NCBI GenBank assembly: GCA_047495785.1
Contig: JBLDXI010000001.1
Coordinates: 4,464,001 to 4,528,000 of the forward strand
DNA length: 64,000 bases
DNA from: Lepidodermella squamata
Lineage: Eukaryota; Animalia; Gastrotricha
Direction: 5' to 3'
The notes below the pieces were generated by a model. The model was not told where the DNA came from, searched no databases, and saw only the letters and a list, made by a program, of their open reading frames with translations. How positions within the stretch are numbered: the stretch's first letter is position 1; the number at the start of each line of letters is the position of its first letter. Shown here piece after piece: positions 50,001-62,949 of this stretch. The translations under genes and the position numbers were made by a program.

Positions 50001-52925
50001 ATATTATTACTCATCTCATGGTTACGAGAAGTAGAAAAAATTAACAAGTATAATACTATCCCTGCTTAATCATGTGATGGGCAGGTAAAAGTTTTTCAAT
50101 TATTGGCTACAATTGTCTGTTTTCTTTTTCCCCATGTAGATGTTTGACTAATAAGGATTAATGGGTGCGGCCACGAAAATGTCATCTCGAGCGAAAAAAT
50201 TGAAACTGTCATAAATCACTCAAAACAAATCCGAGATGAAAGATTTTTTGATTTTCGAGATCCCCTTAATCAGTACTTTCCAGCAATATAATTTTTGTGC
50301 CGATCAGATGATTTTTATTTTTATCGATCAGATATCGATCGATTTATCGATAATCGATAATATTGCGATTTTATGCTGATTTCAGTGATACTTGGTTATT
50401 TTCATGCGATGAACTCAAAAATCACCATGAAATTGGACCAATCATCACCCGAATCATGGAAATCAATCACCGATAATCGATAATCGATAATCGATAACTA
50501 TCCAAAGTGCTATGGTCTATGACTGTTTCTAGGGGTATTTTAGTGCGCTGATTCGATTGCGCGCGTCAAAAACTGATACCTGGCAGCGTTTCCATTCTAA
50601 TAGCGAAAAACTTGAATTATCTGTATGTCACAAAGCAAATTTCTCTGTACGTCACGGCGTTATTAATTTTTCGACGGCTTACCAAGGCAGCTAGCCAATA
50701 TTGAGTTTCAAAATATGAAAACCTGGGTCATTACGCGTATGCCTGATTTTTGGCGCAGGGACTGAGCGATATTTGAGGGCTAGGCTGCTAGCCAAAATAG
50801 GGTCACTTTTAGGATTGCTCGACTTTCTCTGTACGTCACGGCGACTTTGCCCTCTGGCGCTGTCTTGAAAACTAGCGTTACATAGCAGGACAACAGCGCA
50901 GGACACTCGAAAAATATTCAGGAGTAAAACGAGTGCTCATTTGCGTTCTTAGCATGCATAGTTTTTACATAATGCCTCTTTGACCAATCGCAGGTGGGTG
51001 TGTCACCTCTGTACGGCACGCGTGGCGGCACCCAATATTTAATAGAAGGAACATTTCAAATGTTGACTTCCAAAATTTCTGATATAAAAAATTTAGATTC
51101 TCAGGATGATCTGAAACTCGAAAAGCCTCACTTTAGGGACATCTTTCATGAAGTTCGAGTTTAATTGTCAAATTATTAAATAGCAGGCAAAGGACAATTA
51201 AAACGGATTTTCGTTTCGCTATAACTCAACGCGTACATACATCACCACCAATGCTCGGAGATTTCGATGACGAACAGAAAGCTACCGATGCGATTAACAA
51301 AATGGCTCCTCTCTTTCGAGGGGAAGAAAGCAAGGGAGTTTTAGGCGGAAATATACCCTTTGGAAAGGTGGATGAATGGAAGAAAGCATTTATGAAACTG
51401 GTCGCCACGATTTCTCAGCAAATAATTTCACCATAGTCCAACAAGTTGATTGAAGCTCTTATATATTTCAAGAATGCCTCGCGAGCCTCAGATACGGAGG
51501 TTTCAAACGCGGTATCCCAAATCCGCACCAGGGACAACAGAAAACAATTCTGGAAAGCGTTAACGAATCTGTACTCAGGCTTCAACGTGAAAAAGCACGT
51601 GATTCAGCCAATTTTAGTTTTGCTATTCGAATTATCTCTCCTAGGAGGACTATAAATATCTCCTTGGCGAGGCCGTCAGGCAAAGGGCTCACGTAGCCCG
51701 TCACACAGAGAAGCGCAAAGGTTCCAGGGCCCGTCTAGAATCGCGCCTAAACGGTCGTTGGGTGCAGAAGCTGCTCTTCCTATAGGGCTTACGCCGGCTG
51801 AAACCGTCCCCAAGCGATTGCTGGAAGGCAAAGCTTTAGAAGACTTCATTGGGGGAGCATTATATTTATATTGCCAGAATTTCCCATCTAATATCAGCTA
51901 TTTCCTATGTCCAATTGACATTTTTCAGACATTTTTGAACTTTCGATTTTCCGTAAGAAGAAAAGTTGTTGAAAGCATGCAAATGCCGGCTATTATGAAC
52001 AACAAATGGCGAATAATACAATAACCTATTCCTGGCCAACCAATTGCATTAGATATATGTAAATAGCTCATACGAAAATTTACCCCAGTGTCGTAAAATA
52101 TGGAAAACTGTTTCAGAGACTTTCCCGTAAAAACAATCCATATCCAATGAACTTCACCCAATAAACTGAAAATCTTCCGAATAATGAAACCTGTCAGTAG
52201 GTTTGGTTTTCTAGCTTCTAGCTTCCAGCCGAAATCGCCGAACAAAATTGAAAATCAGCATTTACACGCCTGGCTAACGGGAAATGGAAAAACCGAAGTT
52301 CACCCATTTTTGGCCAATTTTGAAATAGGAAAAAAGATTTGTTGATGAAGTAATGATTTAAGTTCTACCGGGTGGATTTTGGTGAATTCGGTGCCGCGCG
52401 GCTTGTCGCCGGACAACAGCACGTCGAAGCGGTGGTTGCGGCCGAGATCGACGAAGAGGCGGAACAGCGAGCCGCTGACTTCGGCCGTGATCAGCTTGCC
52501 GTTGAACTGGATGCACTTGGACAGCGGCGCCAGCGTGCAGTTCAGAGCGATAGCCAACTACAAAATTATATAAAATTATATAAAAATATCGAAATTCAAA
52601 TAGGTATTACAAATATGAATTTTCTTTATTTTGGTAGTACATAGGTAATTAAAATATTTCCTTCAAATATAAAATACATTTAAAAAAATTCGAAATTAAA
52701 ATTTTAAATTTTGAATGAACTGACATCAAAGTTGAGATCGACGTTGAACTGGTAGTTGCCACATTGAACGGGCGTTACGCTAGTGAAGCCGTTTCGCGTC
52801 AACTCGGCCGTGAACGCCTCGACGAGTTTGGGCGACGCCGTTTCGCCGACAATCAGCACGATCTTGGCCTTCTTCACCGAGGCCGCGATCTGCTCGCTGA
52901 ACAACAACTCATCGATACTCGCCAT
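38061..52925 (-). CDS. UBA6: UBA6-like ubiquitin-activating enzyme E1 homolog with degenerate adenylation domains (~949 aa)
   Basis: Exons 52925-52725, 52557-52369, 49585-48959, 45905-45450, 42801-42207, 40060-39762, 38964-38807, 38385-38061 total 2850 nt and stay in frame. Motifs: LFRLFVDLG, HGL (FCCH), EAVKAVSHKLEPLQQW, PHCVVKNFPN (catalytic Cys), WAIDKFESLF, ARVKFEKYF, AANLRASMY, and a UFD with SFTVWDKW..VVQG..PPVFVTFS that matches UBA6 better than UBA1. Confidence 0.88.
39183..39334 (+). repeat. Dispersed repeat copy B
   Basis: Homologous to 25949-26121. Confidence 0.75.
44343..44596 (+). mobile_element. Helitron PIF1-helicase remnant
   Basis: Translates to IPTTAEVDFVNSTILSRIPGNPITYSSYDSV..PEFLNSS.LPQHKLALKMGSIVILLRN..NGTRV with stops and frameshifts, the typical Helitron helicase motif series. 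Confidence 0.75.
46579..46740 (+). mobile_element. piggyBac transposase remnant
   Basis: Translates to PIYHCNVN*GGVDLSDQL..YWPRI..KKW..PFFGWFLDATSANARLLW, the piggyBac GGVD..DQ...KKW motif, with stops and frameshifts. Confidence 0.75.
47793..47950. repeat. Local imperfect tandem duplication
   Basis: gaattttggcatctg, ggcatctgagcttgtt and agccattgttttttatctaaatttt blocks each occur twice. Confidence 0.6.
50161..51035. mobile_element. Tc1/mariner-type MITE (875 bp)
   Basis: TA|atgggtgcggccacg ... cgtggcggcacccaa|TA terminal inverted repeats and internal (gataatc)n arrays near 50340 and 50475. Confidence 0.65.
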
Positions 52926-53999
52926 TCTCAGTTATTATTTGGGTTTTTTTATATTTTTTAACAACTAAAATTGAAGGGCAAATTATGAATTTGATTCGAT
53001 ATTTCCAAATTTCGCATTTTATTATTTTACAAAAGCAAGCTCGAGCAATATCGAACGATTGTTAATCGATATAACGAAAAAAATCAGGACCTAATATCAA
53101 CCACATAAAAACCATCATCATCACATTTTCATGCGAAAAAAATAAATAGAGCTGAGCACGCGCCGCGTGCAGAAACGGAAACAGAAGCAGAATGTTAAAT
53201 AGGAAAAAATTGTGAATGAATGAATTAGGCAAAAAATACGAGAGCGCCATGAAGTGGAGCCTCGCCATACGTGATGCGATTAGTCACGCAAATCAGGTTG
53301 ACAGGGCGTCGCTTTCCAGGTCACAGAACACAAATCGAATAGTCGCATTATAACGAAAAATTGCTCTACTTCCGGATGAATCGAAAATATGAGGTCACGA
53401 AGAAAAATTAAAATCAAATAACTATTATGAAATCGATTGATCCATGAAAAAATCGATTGATTCAAATCTCAATTTTTCAAAAATTTCAACTTAGGTTCGA
53501 TATTCTGAGAAATTCAGAAAAAATATTGCCAAACGTTTTCTATACTAAAAATAAATTCCCATCCTAATTTGTTCCGCGTTGGACCAATTTTCCATAATAT
53601 CGATTCTAGAGATATTTTCGCGGCCACTTTCAGAATTTCCCAACGGAAATAGGTAAATTAGAAAATGTATCAATGCGGTAATTCAAATTAGTTTCTAATA
53701 TCAGCATAGCTCGATTCAGAGACTATTTTAATTAATTACCAATTTTAAAAATATATGAAGATTAGAGGGGCGAAATTAAGTATGAATTTCCGAAATGTCA
53801 ATTAAAAAATTTCTGAAATAAAATAGTTAGCAATCTTATTTTGACCAGAATCACCAGAATATTCCCACGTATTCTGATACTGCTAGAAATCACAGCATTT
53901 AAATACTGATTGTAGAAAGGCGGCAAGCATATCATCAATTTTTCATCGAGTAAATATCCAATTTTATGAAAGACAGTGTTTAGACAACTCTTCTCGCCT

Positions 54000-56900
54000 T
54001 CAAACAACAGTAATCATCGCATCAGCCTTCCACAGCGCAACAACGTGCAAATCGAGCGTTTTCGCCAGACACGCCACCACCTTAACCGCCTGCCCATTGT
54101 CATCAGTCACGCGGACGACGCGCGACGACGGCGCCGCGTCAACCAGCGCCATGCTGCGAATCGCCGCCTTCTGGTAGAAATGCAACGACCGAACCGGCTG
54201 GCGCGTCTCCAACCCGCCCGACCGGCGACTCGCGCTGGGCAGGGCCGATTTGTCGGCCGGGTACAGCCGGAAAATGTCGACCTGGCCGTCCGAGCGTGAC
54301 AGCCACGCTTCACTGTGCTCATTCGCCGCGTCGTCAACGACCAACACGCCGGTTATCAACTCGCCATTCGTGTCGAATAGGCACTCTTCCAACAATTCCA
54401 GCGTGTTCGCGTCGAAAATCAACACCGGAGTCGGCCGGGGCGGCGATTCGGAACTAACCGATTTTTTAGCACCCGGTGATTTTTTCGGCTCCATCGATTC
54501 GAGGCGAGCGGTGACTACAACGCGGCGTGATGATAGGAAAACGTCGCAGAAAAAGCCCTGCGCGTCCTGAATCAGCGATTTCAAGTTGATTTTTCGCGAA
54601 ATTAAATCGCCGGACGCTGAAACTCGGAATAATTCGTCCTGCAGCAGGACGACAAAACTCGGGCCGGCTGGTTTTGCTTGTAAAAATTCCAATTTTTTCA
54701 AAGTTGTTCGACTCCCCGCATCAGTTACCGTCGTGTAATTTGACGCTATCGTGCCGATTGAAGTTCCGGAGAAACTTCCCTCGGGGATTGATTGAGAAAC
54801 GAGGGGTGCAACGGGGGTCAAGTCCGATTTTCCAGGCATTTTACTCAAAATTTGAAGGGTTGGTGTGGAGATGAAGACCACCTCGTGATTCGCGGCGATG
54901 GAACACATGACCGATTCGTTGTTGGAGAGAGTCATGGTGGAAACTGAGGCCGAATGCACGGTCAGCTGGCGGCGGCCGGCGAAGTTGTTGTTCGCATCGC
55001 CGACGAGCATCTGGCCATCGCCGCGGCCCAGCCACAACTGACCCGATTGGCTGGCGGCTAGTAATGCGGTCTAATAAGAGAAAAAATGAAACATAATCGA
55101 AATAGTATACTTAAAATAGTTCGATTTAAACGCGTGTCTTATAGGCGAACCAACTTATCAATGGGAAAAAATCCCAATAAATTATACGGTCAATCTAAAA
55201 TCTCAAACTTCACCAAATTCTATCACAAATACCTCGATAAGTCTACGTACCAGAGCTATAAAAACGCAACGTCAGATCACTTGAGGAGTGCGACACATTC
55301 CAAGCTAGCGAATAACCTATTTAGTACTCAATGGCCGTGTGCTATTCCATCAACTCAAATTTCCAGAGATTTTAAAAAACAAAATCCGCCTAGCGTAGCA
55401 AAGCCTTCGTTTCTAGTTCATTTATCTACTCTTTCTTCGCTTAGACATCACCGAATCATTATCAGCCTTATAATAGCCATACCGGACGGCATCCTCCTCT
55501 CGGGCCTGGCAGTCGGTCTTGCCTGCACGTGGCGAATTTTACGCAGAGCTTCTTCCTCAGTATCTTTCCACCTTAGATTGCTGTAAACTAATTCAAGGCA
55601 AGCTCGCACCCCGATTGCGTAATACCTTTACCTTAATGAACCCAGCGATGCCTACCATTATCGTACCTCCCGAAGTAATCCCTGTTTTAAGCATTGAAGG
55701 TGATTTTACCCATTGGCCATTTGGAGCAATTAAAGATCATCTAATGCACCTAAAACCTAAAATCCATTATGGCCAAGCACCTAGCTGAAGGCGCGTTTTC
55801 TGGTGGCACTAATGACTCGAACATCGCAGCATTCTGCCGTGATTCGTACTCCTGAAATCATCCATCTTCTGACCCTTGAAGAGTTTCAACTCAATTCAAT
55901 CAACTTGCATCGGGAGGGGGCTCCGCCAAAAATGGTTGCAATTCGGTAATGGCCGGAAATTCCCTCCAGCTTCCTTCCGCTTTCCAAACAATTCTCTACA
56001 AGCAGCCGAAAAGCGAAGCTAGTGACTCGAAATACCTTGGCTATCTACTTTACAGACAAGTTTGCGACAGTGGCATTGTCTTTTCATAGCAATCCGATCT
56101 ATGCTGCAATCCAAAATTTCATTCGAAATGGAGACATTGCGAGGGTCTGAGAATGCCTACAGTCACACCTCAGCTTCATACTTTAACTTCATAATTTCAG
56201 TTGTTAATTTACTATTTCTAACACCCAAATTCCTTCTCTTAAAAACCTAAAACTCGGATTTCAAAATTGATCGACCATTATCATTTGTCCTTGGTTAATT
56301 ATGATAATATTTAATGGTTCCTGCCAGAAACCTGGCAATTGTAACAACAACTTACAATAGGAGCACCGCCGAAATTGACCTTCCGCACCCATTTCCAGTC
56401 ACCCTGGTGCGAGTACACGTGAAGAGTGCCGTCTTCGCAGCCCAACAGCAGTAGCACGTCGACGGAGCCGTCCAGCATGTTGATCGTGCAAGACGTCATG
56501 CCTAAAAAGCACGCACAATTTTAAATCATAACAACATTAAAACATTTCAAATTATGAGAATGGTTCGACGCCCTTATTTCTCTCATTCCAGATCGCCGGT
56601 AAGAACTTTATACTATAGTAATAGCGTTGATGAAGCAAAACCCGAGACGTTTTCGACGCTAACGAGTTTTTGAAAAGCGATGGTGAAGGGCTCAAGTTCT
56701 TGAGCTCTTTTTGCACAGTCTGGGCCCTATTGATCGGGCAAGACAACCCATCGTTATTGTGTCCGCTGCAACGAGTGGACTTCTGGGACCGAATCCCTGT
56801 GCCATCGGCTCATCAGCACCATACGCGGAGTTTATCACGAGACCTGATTTCCCAAATGCCTACCCAATCAGTTGGAATATTTTCACATTTTTTATATGCG

Positions 56901-59900
56901 ATTTTTAGTCCGAATTACGCTTTTACTGTAGAAATTATAAAATAATTCAGCCTGAAAACTTCGAAAATCAGCCTGATGAGTAGATGAATGAATGGCCGGG
57001 CAATTTCTACGCTGAAGTTTGTCAATACAACGGCAAGCCTTACTCGCAGCAAACATTAGTTTGTGTCCGAACTTCCAAGCATCGCCTGTCGACTGCCTAC
57101 AGACGACAACGTAAAATCGACATTATGACAAACCCAGCCTTCCATGACGCAGATTGTTTCCTTCTTCCTGAGGATGAGGTGCCAAAGTGGATGGGAGACT
57201 GTTGAGAGAACTTAATAGGTTTCCATAACAGGTGCAGAAGAATGATGGATATATTTCGCAACAAACGATAAACATAAATAAATGTGTAATCGTGCTCAGA
57301 AAATCTTATTTATTCTGTTAAGAGCTATGATATGAAGAAGATGATAAAGTAAAGAAAGCATGACAATCGGAGAAGAAGTCGCACCAAATTGTTGCTTTTA
57401 CCGTTTTGTTTTTTTACCACGGGTTTGAATACTTGAAGTACACAAAATTGGGGAGAGAAGGTGCCGCTGAAAACGTTTTATGCTATTCTATCATTTCTAT
57501 GCCTTTCTATACCGTTCGGAAAATTCTACTATAAATCTGAAGTTTATTTGATATTGCCGAAATCATTCCCGCAAAGAAAGTCATTTCGAAAGTGAAAATG
57601 GCAGCAACATCCAATCTGGTTGACTTCTCTGAACTCGACGTGGAAGACGTAGTGAGTGCCTTACAGGGGGCAGCTTCGGTCGGTCCGGAAGGCTCTATCA
57701 AGGCCGAACCAAGCGACCAAGAGAAGGTGTTCACCGGACGGATTGACGAGTTAGCGTAAAAGGTGGAGGAGCTTGCTCCAAAGAAACCGTAAGCCGATGT
57801 GGTATCGAAGTTAGAAAAGCAAGTCAACGTGCTCCAGTGGAAGGTCGTGAAGACGGAGCAGAGGATAAGAGACTGAGAGCAGAGCTGAAGCGGTTAAGTA
57901 TTAGTATGAGAGATAGAAGTTGGTTTCCTAAGTGATTTCGATTTAGTATCCGATTTACAGTAGCGTAATGATTATCGAATTGAAAAAAGATTCTTTTCGT
58001 TTTCGTGAGCAGAAGAAATTCTCATGTCTTATCAGCAAATCCTGGAGAAGTGGGATGAGCTGAGCCTCTCCTTCTCGGAGAAAGTCCGCGTTTACTTGTA
58101 GGAGAACTTGGCGTGCGCAAACTATGCGCAACTATGGTGCGTGTATTCTCAACAAAACTACCACCTCGATCAAAAAAGCAACTATCCTGAAATATGTGTT
58201 ATATATTTTTTAATTTTGTAGAATTTCAGGTACTTGTCGTGAAGTTCGCTGATCATTTTTTTGCATGTTTCAGATCCGTCCGCCGTCTGATCGAGTCGAA
58301 AGACCGAAGATTCCAACTCAAACAAGCACGAGTCCGATCTGCACCCGGCGCTGAGCCCTGCTTTCCGACAATCACAGTTACAGTCTGTTTTTAGGGGACA
58401 TATATTCGTCGGATCGACGATCTATTCTTCATTCTCACTAATGACGTTGTCTGACTACGCGCACATTATGCTTCTCAACGCTAATGGCCGTAAGGTGTTG
58501 ACATTGTAAAATAAGCCCAAAATCCGAACGCCGCTGAAAACTTTAGATTGCACTAACAACACTAGCAAGGGCAAGAATCAAGAGCTTCGTGTTTTGACTG
58601 AACCGAGCAATGTTTCCGAATGAGCTATCTGCCGCGACCTGGTTCATCCTGATCACTGCTTTCGATTTCTCCGGATGCCATGGATGGCCGTCCATGGATT
58701 CTGCACCGGTTTTAGCAAGACTATTCTTCGAACTCTTCAAAATGGTCAAATGATGGCGCTGTCTTTTCGGTGATTCGAGTGTAAATTTGACGGCCTGAAA
58801 GGAGGTTCCAGCGCTAAATCTCAAAATTACAAATCATCTAGTCGACGCAAAATTGTTTGCGATTGCTGTGGTCAATCTATTCACCAGGATGATCTTAGTA
58901 AACAATGTTCAGCTCCCGAGACTCTGTAGGCTTACTGGGACTGTCGAGATGTATCTCCAGTAAACAGATCAAATCGGGAAAGCTTACAGAAAAGGAGAAA
59001 GAGACCCTTGGTTACAGCTTCTGCTAAAGTTTCAGTTGTCAATTGTGGAGCCTCGCCTTGGAAAAATTCACAAAAGCTGAATTCTCTTTATTTTTGATGA
59101 TCTGTCCCAAAAAATTCCAACGGGCGGTTTGGAAGGGAATCACCCAAAGTCATTGTCAAATCAATTAAATAATAATGAAATTTAAGCTTACTAGAAACAC
59201 GATAATTAGCTCCCGGCGTCAGCTTTCGAATCAACATCATGCGAGCCAGCGGGTCCAAATCGCCGCGATCGCGTTCAGCCTGTGTCAACTTCGTGAAGCC
59301 AATGACAATCTGCACAGTTTTATCCGCATTGCCGTGGAACATCAACTCGAGCGCATCGAACAGCTTCATCGCCTCAATCGCATTGTTGAACAGCTCCGGA
59401 AATTTGTGAGCCGCCGACAATTTGTGCGCGGCATTGACCTCCTTAATCAAGCGATACCACAAGAAACACTCCTCACGCTCGTAAGCCATGTCGAATGTGA
59501 AACTCTGAATCGAAAACGCGTTGTGGCCGATGGAGACCGCAGTCCGTCGACCCTTTGCATTGCGCCAGTTCTGGCTCATCTGCCGGCGGCTCATCGTTAG
59601 CACATTGCCATCTGTCGCGTCTTCGCCCTGATTTTCGTCGTTTTCCTCCTCTTTCGGGGCGCTGAATGACAGCTTGACATTAGCGGGTTTCAGCCGTGAT
59701 TCGTCAGTGAATTCCATGTTGAGCACATCCGAAAATTCGACGGCAGTTCGAGCCTCTCGCCCAGTTACGGTCGGCGCTACTAGTAATCGTTTCGTTGTCA
59801 AGATGAGCCAACCGTGGCCGATACTCGATTTCATGAGGCGGGGTGAAATTTTCAACACTTGTTCATCGTCAGCCAGTTCAAACTAAAAAAATTATTCAAG

Positions 59901-62900
59901 AATTAATTTTTTTCGAATTTTAATTAGCAGAAATTCAACTTTTGAGAACTTTTAGTTATGGCTAGACACGTCTACAGCATTCTGAGAATGGGAATCAACA
60001 TGGAACTCTTGTCCGCAGCTTCTCTAGAGCTCAGACTAAAACCTCACAGGCTATACCAGCAAATCACGTTTCCAGTTTTCATTCAAATTATGAAAATTTT
60101 CAACTTTCAGACCTTTCTCGATTCTGATTCCGTTATATAATTTCCTGATCTTAATCTGATTTCCTATTTTTCCAAACAGTCAAACTTTAGCCTCAGACTG
60201 TTACTTTTACATTCAACCACCTCTCTGGCCGAATTTTTCTTCTTCATTTACACTTGCACTGGGCTGAATTCGTGACCCTCACGACCCTCAGACTCACAGT
60301 TTTCACAGTTCTCCGTTATTTGCAGGTCGCCGATTTAGACACAGTTATTTACGTGTTGCCTGGGACTAAATTCCACGAGCTGTCATCCGACAAAGTTTCG
60401 CCATTGAAATGGGAGTTCACGTCTCCGTTCGACTTAACCGACGAGACGTAGGGAAGTTACGTATGCGAATCGATGTTCTCGGAATATCAAAAAGTAGCGA
60501 GATGACGGAAGGCGAGGACAAACGAAAGGTATCAACGACGAAATATTTGACTTGAGAAGTATGCCACGAAAGTTACTCGGCTGAATTCGACATTAACATC
60601 AAAAATCTCAATAGCCAACTGAAATGCGGGCTACCTATGGCTCCGAAATCCAGCTGTATGGGACCCACTACACGATAACTTTGTGGCCCGATTGCCATAA
60701 ATCTTACTACGAAGCAACGAAAACGCAGCAATTATTCTTCGCACTCCGTGGTGCTAGCGTTCGGTTATTCAAAAGAGAAGTCAAGCTAAGCGCGAATAGA
60801 GCGAGCCACGTATTTTTCCACCCCGATTTGCCAGACGCGATCAACTGATCGAGGAAAAGAATAGCGACTGATTGTACCAAATAATCGAGCTTTGAGGCCG
60901 AATACAAGCGGTCGCCGAAGCCTCATTGTCGACCGTACCGACGTCAGGATGCTGACGCCTCGAAAAAGTTTTGAAACTGCCACAAATTGTTATTCCGAGT
61001 ATCGTAGGTAACATCGTTCAAAATTCTTTGGAGGAAGAATTAGCGATAAGTTTATCTGCGAAAAATCAGGTTTATTTACACCGGAGGCAGTTAGCTGTGG
61101 AAACGCCTTATCATGCGTTGTTTGTAACGGCCTATTTCACAATACGAGCCTGGGCCTGTGTCATACCGATCACTCGGTGACATAATTTACTTGGATCTGG
61201 CGAAAGCCTTTGACTCAGTGAGCTCAAAAGTTTTAATATTTGTGGAAACCTTCTCAATTGGTTACAAGCTTACTTGCATGATCGAAAATTGAGACCAAAA
61301 GTGGTAAGCTGCAAGTCTGAGAGAAAACAAAAGTCCGAAGTCTTTCTCAATTTTCAACTAGTGATGAATCATCTTCGCAGCACAATGGGCGAAGAGAGGC
61401 TCGGCGGTTCAGCGCTTATAACAATCGACCATGAGTTGGCTGGGTTGGTTGATATTTTAAATAAACTGCGAAACGGCAGTTCCAAATGAAGTGATAACAA
61501 ATTGATTCAAAGGCAAAACTATTTACGACAAGTTGAAAATATGAAATAATGAATTGCAACGGGAGCATGATGGAATGTTAAATCAATTAAATTTTAATGT
61601 GCACAAGAACAAACCTTGATATTGGCCCGCTCCTCCAAATCACGCTGTTGCTCGGCTTCTTTCCACTTTTCGTAAAATCGCCCAAAAACATCTGGCTGGA
61701 GCACATGCCGCGATGATGGACTTTCAACGCCGACCAGCAGTGCAAACAGCTTCAAAATATTCGAATGAAACGTCGCAATGCCGAAATTCGCCACAGTTTT
61801 CTTGAACTGCGAGAATCCCATCGCGGAATTCGGCAGATTGGCCGTGATAAATTTGACCGGAATCGGCGCCCGGCTTTTGCGCCGGCGATACCCGTCCGAC
61901 CCGTGCGGCTCCAAATCGCCATTTCGCTCGAGTTCTTCGACGAATTTACGCAGTTCGGGTCCGAGAGCTTCCTCGGCAAGGTGCGGGTGGATGAAATCGC
62001 GGAAGAGCGTGGCGGTGAACAGCTCGGCTTGGACATTCGCCAGCGTGTAGTAGACGCGAGCTGCTTCGCCCCACTGCCCATCGAGCGCGTACAAATTCGC
62101 AGCCAGCATCAGCACTTGAGCCTAAAAATAAATAAATAAATTTCATTATGGCTGATTTCGCGATTCTAGATTTTCTAAAATTAAAAAAAAATTAGAATAT
62201 TTGTTGTCTATTAGGTAGAGACCGTCTTCAAAAGCCAGAATTTTTTAATTTTTTGATTTACTGAATTTTTGATTTTTATAATTTTCTAAAATGTTCACAT
62301 TTTCTAAAATTTTTACATTTTTTTAAATTTCGAATAAAGCGATCAAATTTACCGGTGTCATGCCGCTTTTCGGCGGCTGCACAGACATCGAACTGAACAA
62401 ACGCATCAACTGCTCGGCCGACTTGTCCAAATACTCGCCGGCCGATGAGCCGCTCAAGTTCGGCATAACAATCGACGCGAGTTGGGCATCGGCCAGACTT
62501 GAATCCAGCGCATCCAGCCTCTCGTCTTCGGCAGATTGCAGGAATCTATCGACCAGTTCAGGATCGGCGACTAGCCGCTGGACCAAGTCTTCGATGAGGC
62601 TGGTTCGGACGAACTCGGAATAAAACGGCAGTTCGCTCTTCTCGCCAACAGCGTCCAAGTATTGAACCTCATTGAATGTTCGCTGTTCGTAGTCTACCCA
62701 GTTAACGACCTCCCACAGCAGTTCTTTCAGCAATTTTTGGAATAAATGGATCGTGGTTTGAATGCGTTTGAACTCCAGCTCTTCCTCCGAGCTTTCCTGA
62801 GCCATTTGGAGGATGACGGCTCGAGAAACGAGCGGGCGGTGCGATTCTTCAAGCATTTGCGCCAGTGATCCGGGTAACGGGTTCAGTTTCAGGTCTTTTG

Positions 62901-62949
62901 TCGCGAACCCTTCGCCAGCATCCAAATTGACCACATACAGCTCAGGAAT
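54000..62949 (-). CDS. DENND3: DENND3-like Rab GEF (DENN/dDENN, PH-like, WD40); 5' exons outside window
   Basis: Exons 62949-62353, 62121-61615, 59882-59192, 56501-56332, 55070-54000 are frame-compatible. They encode YVVNLDAG, a dDENN segment (FNEVQYL..FYSEFVRT), a TPR-like LYALDGQW, a PH-like VLKIS..GHGWLILTTKRLL and a C-terminal beta-propeller, which is the DENND3 domain order. Confidence 0.8.
61194..61295 (+). mobile_element. LINE (CR1/L2-type) reverse transcriptase remnant
   Basis: DLAKAFDSV followed, after a deletion, by GNLLNWLQAYLHDRKLR. Confidence 0.7.
61364..61445 (+). mobile_element. hAT transposase C-terminal dimerization-domain remnant
   Basis: NHLRSTMGEERLGGSALITIDHE matches the LRSTM..ERL..LAL..I motif. 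Confidence 0.65.

Noticed and set aside
52925-54000. DENND3-UBA6 fusion gene
   Set aside because: The last DENND3 exon ends in TGA at 54000 after a complete WD40 repeat, and the E1-like gene has its own ATG about 1.07 kb downstream.
58930-58990. Possible LINE AP-endonuclease fragment on the minus strand (PDLICLLEIHL)
   Set aside because: It is too short to support on its own.
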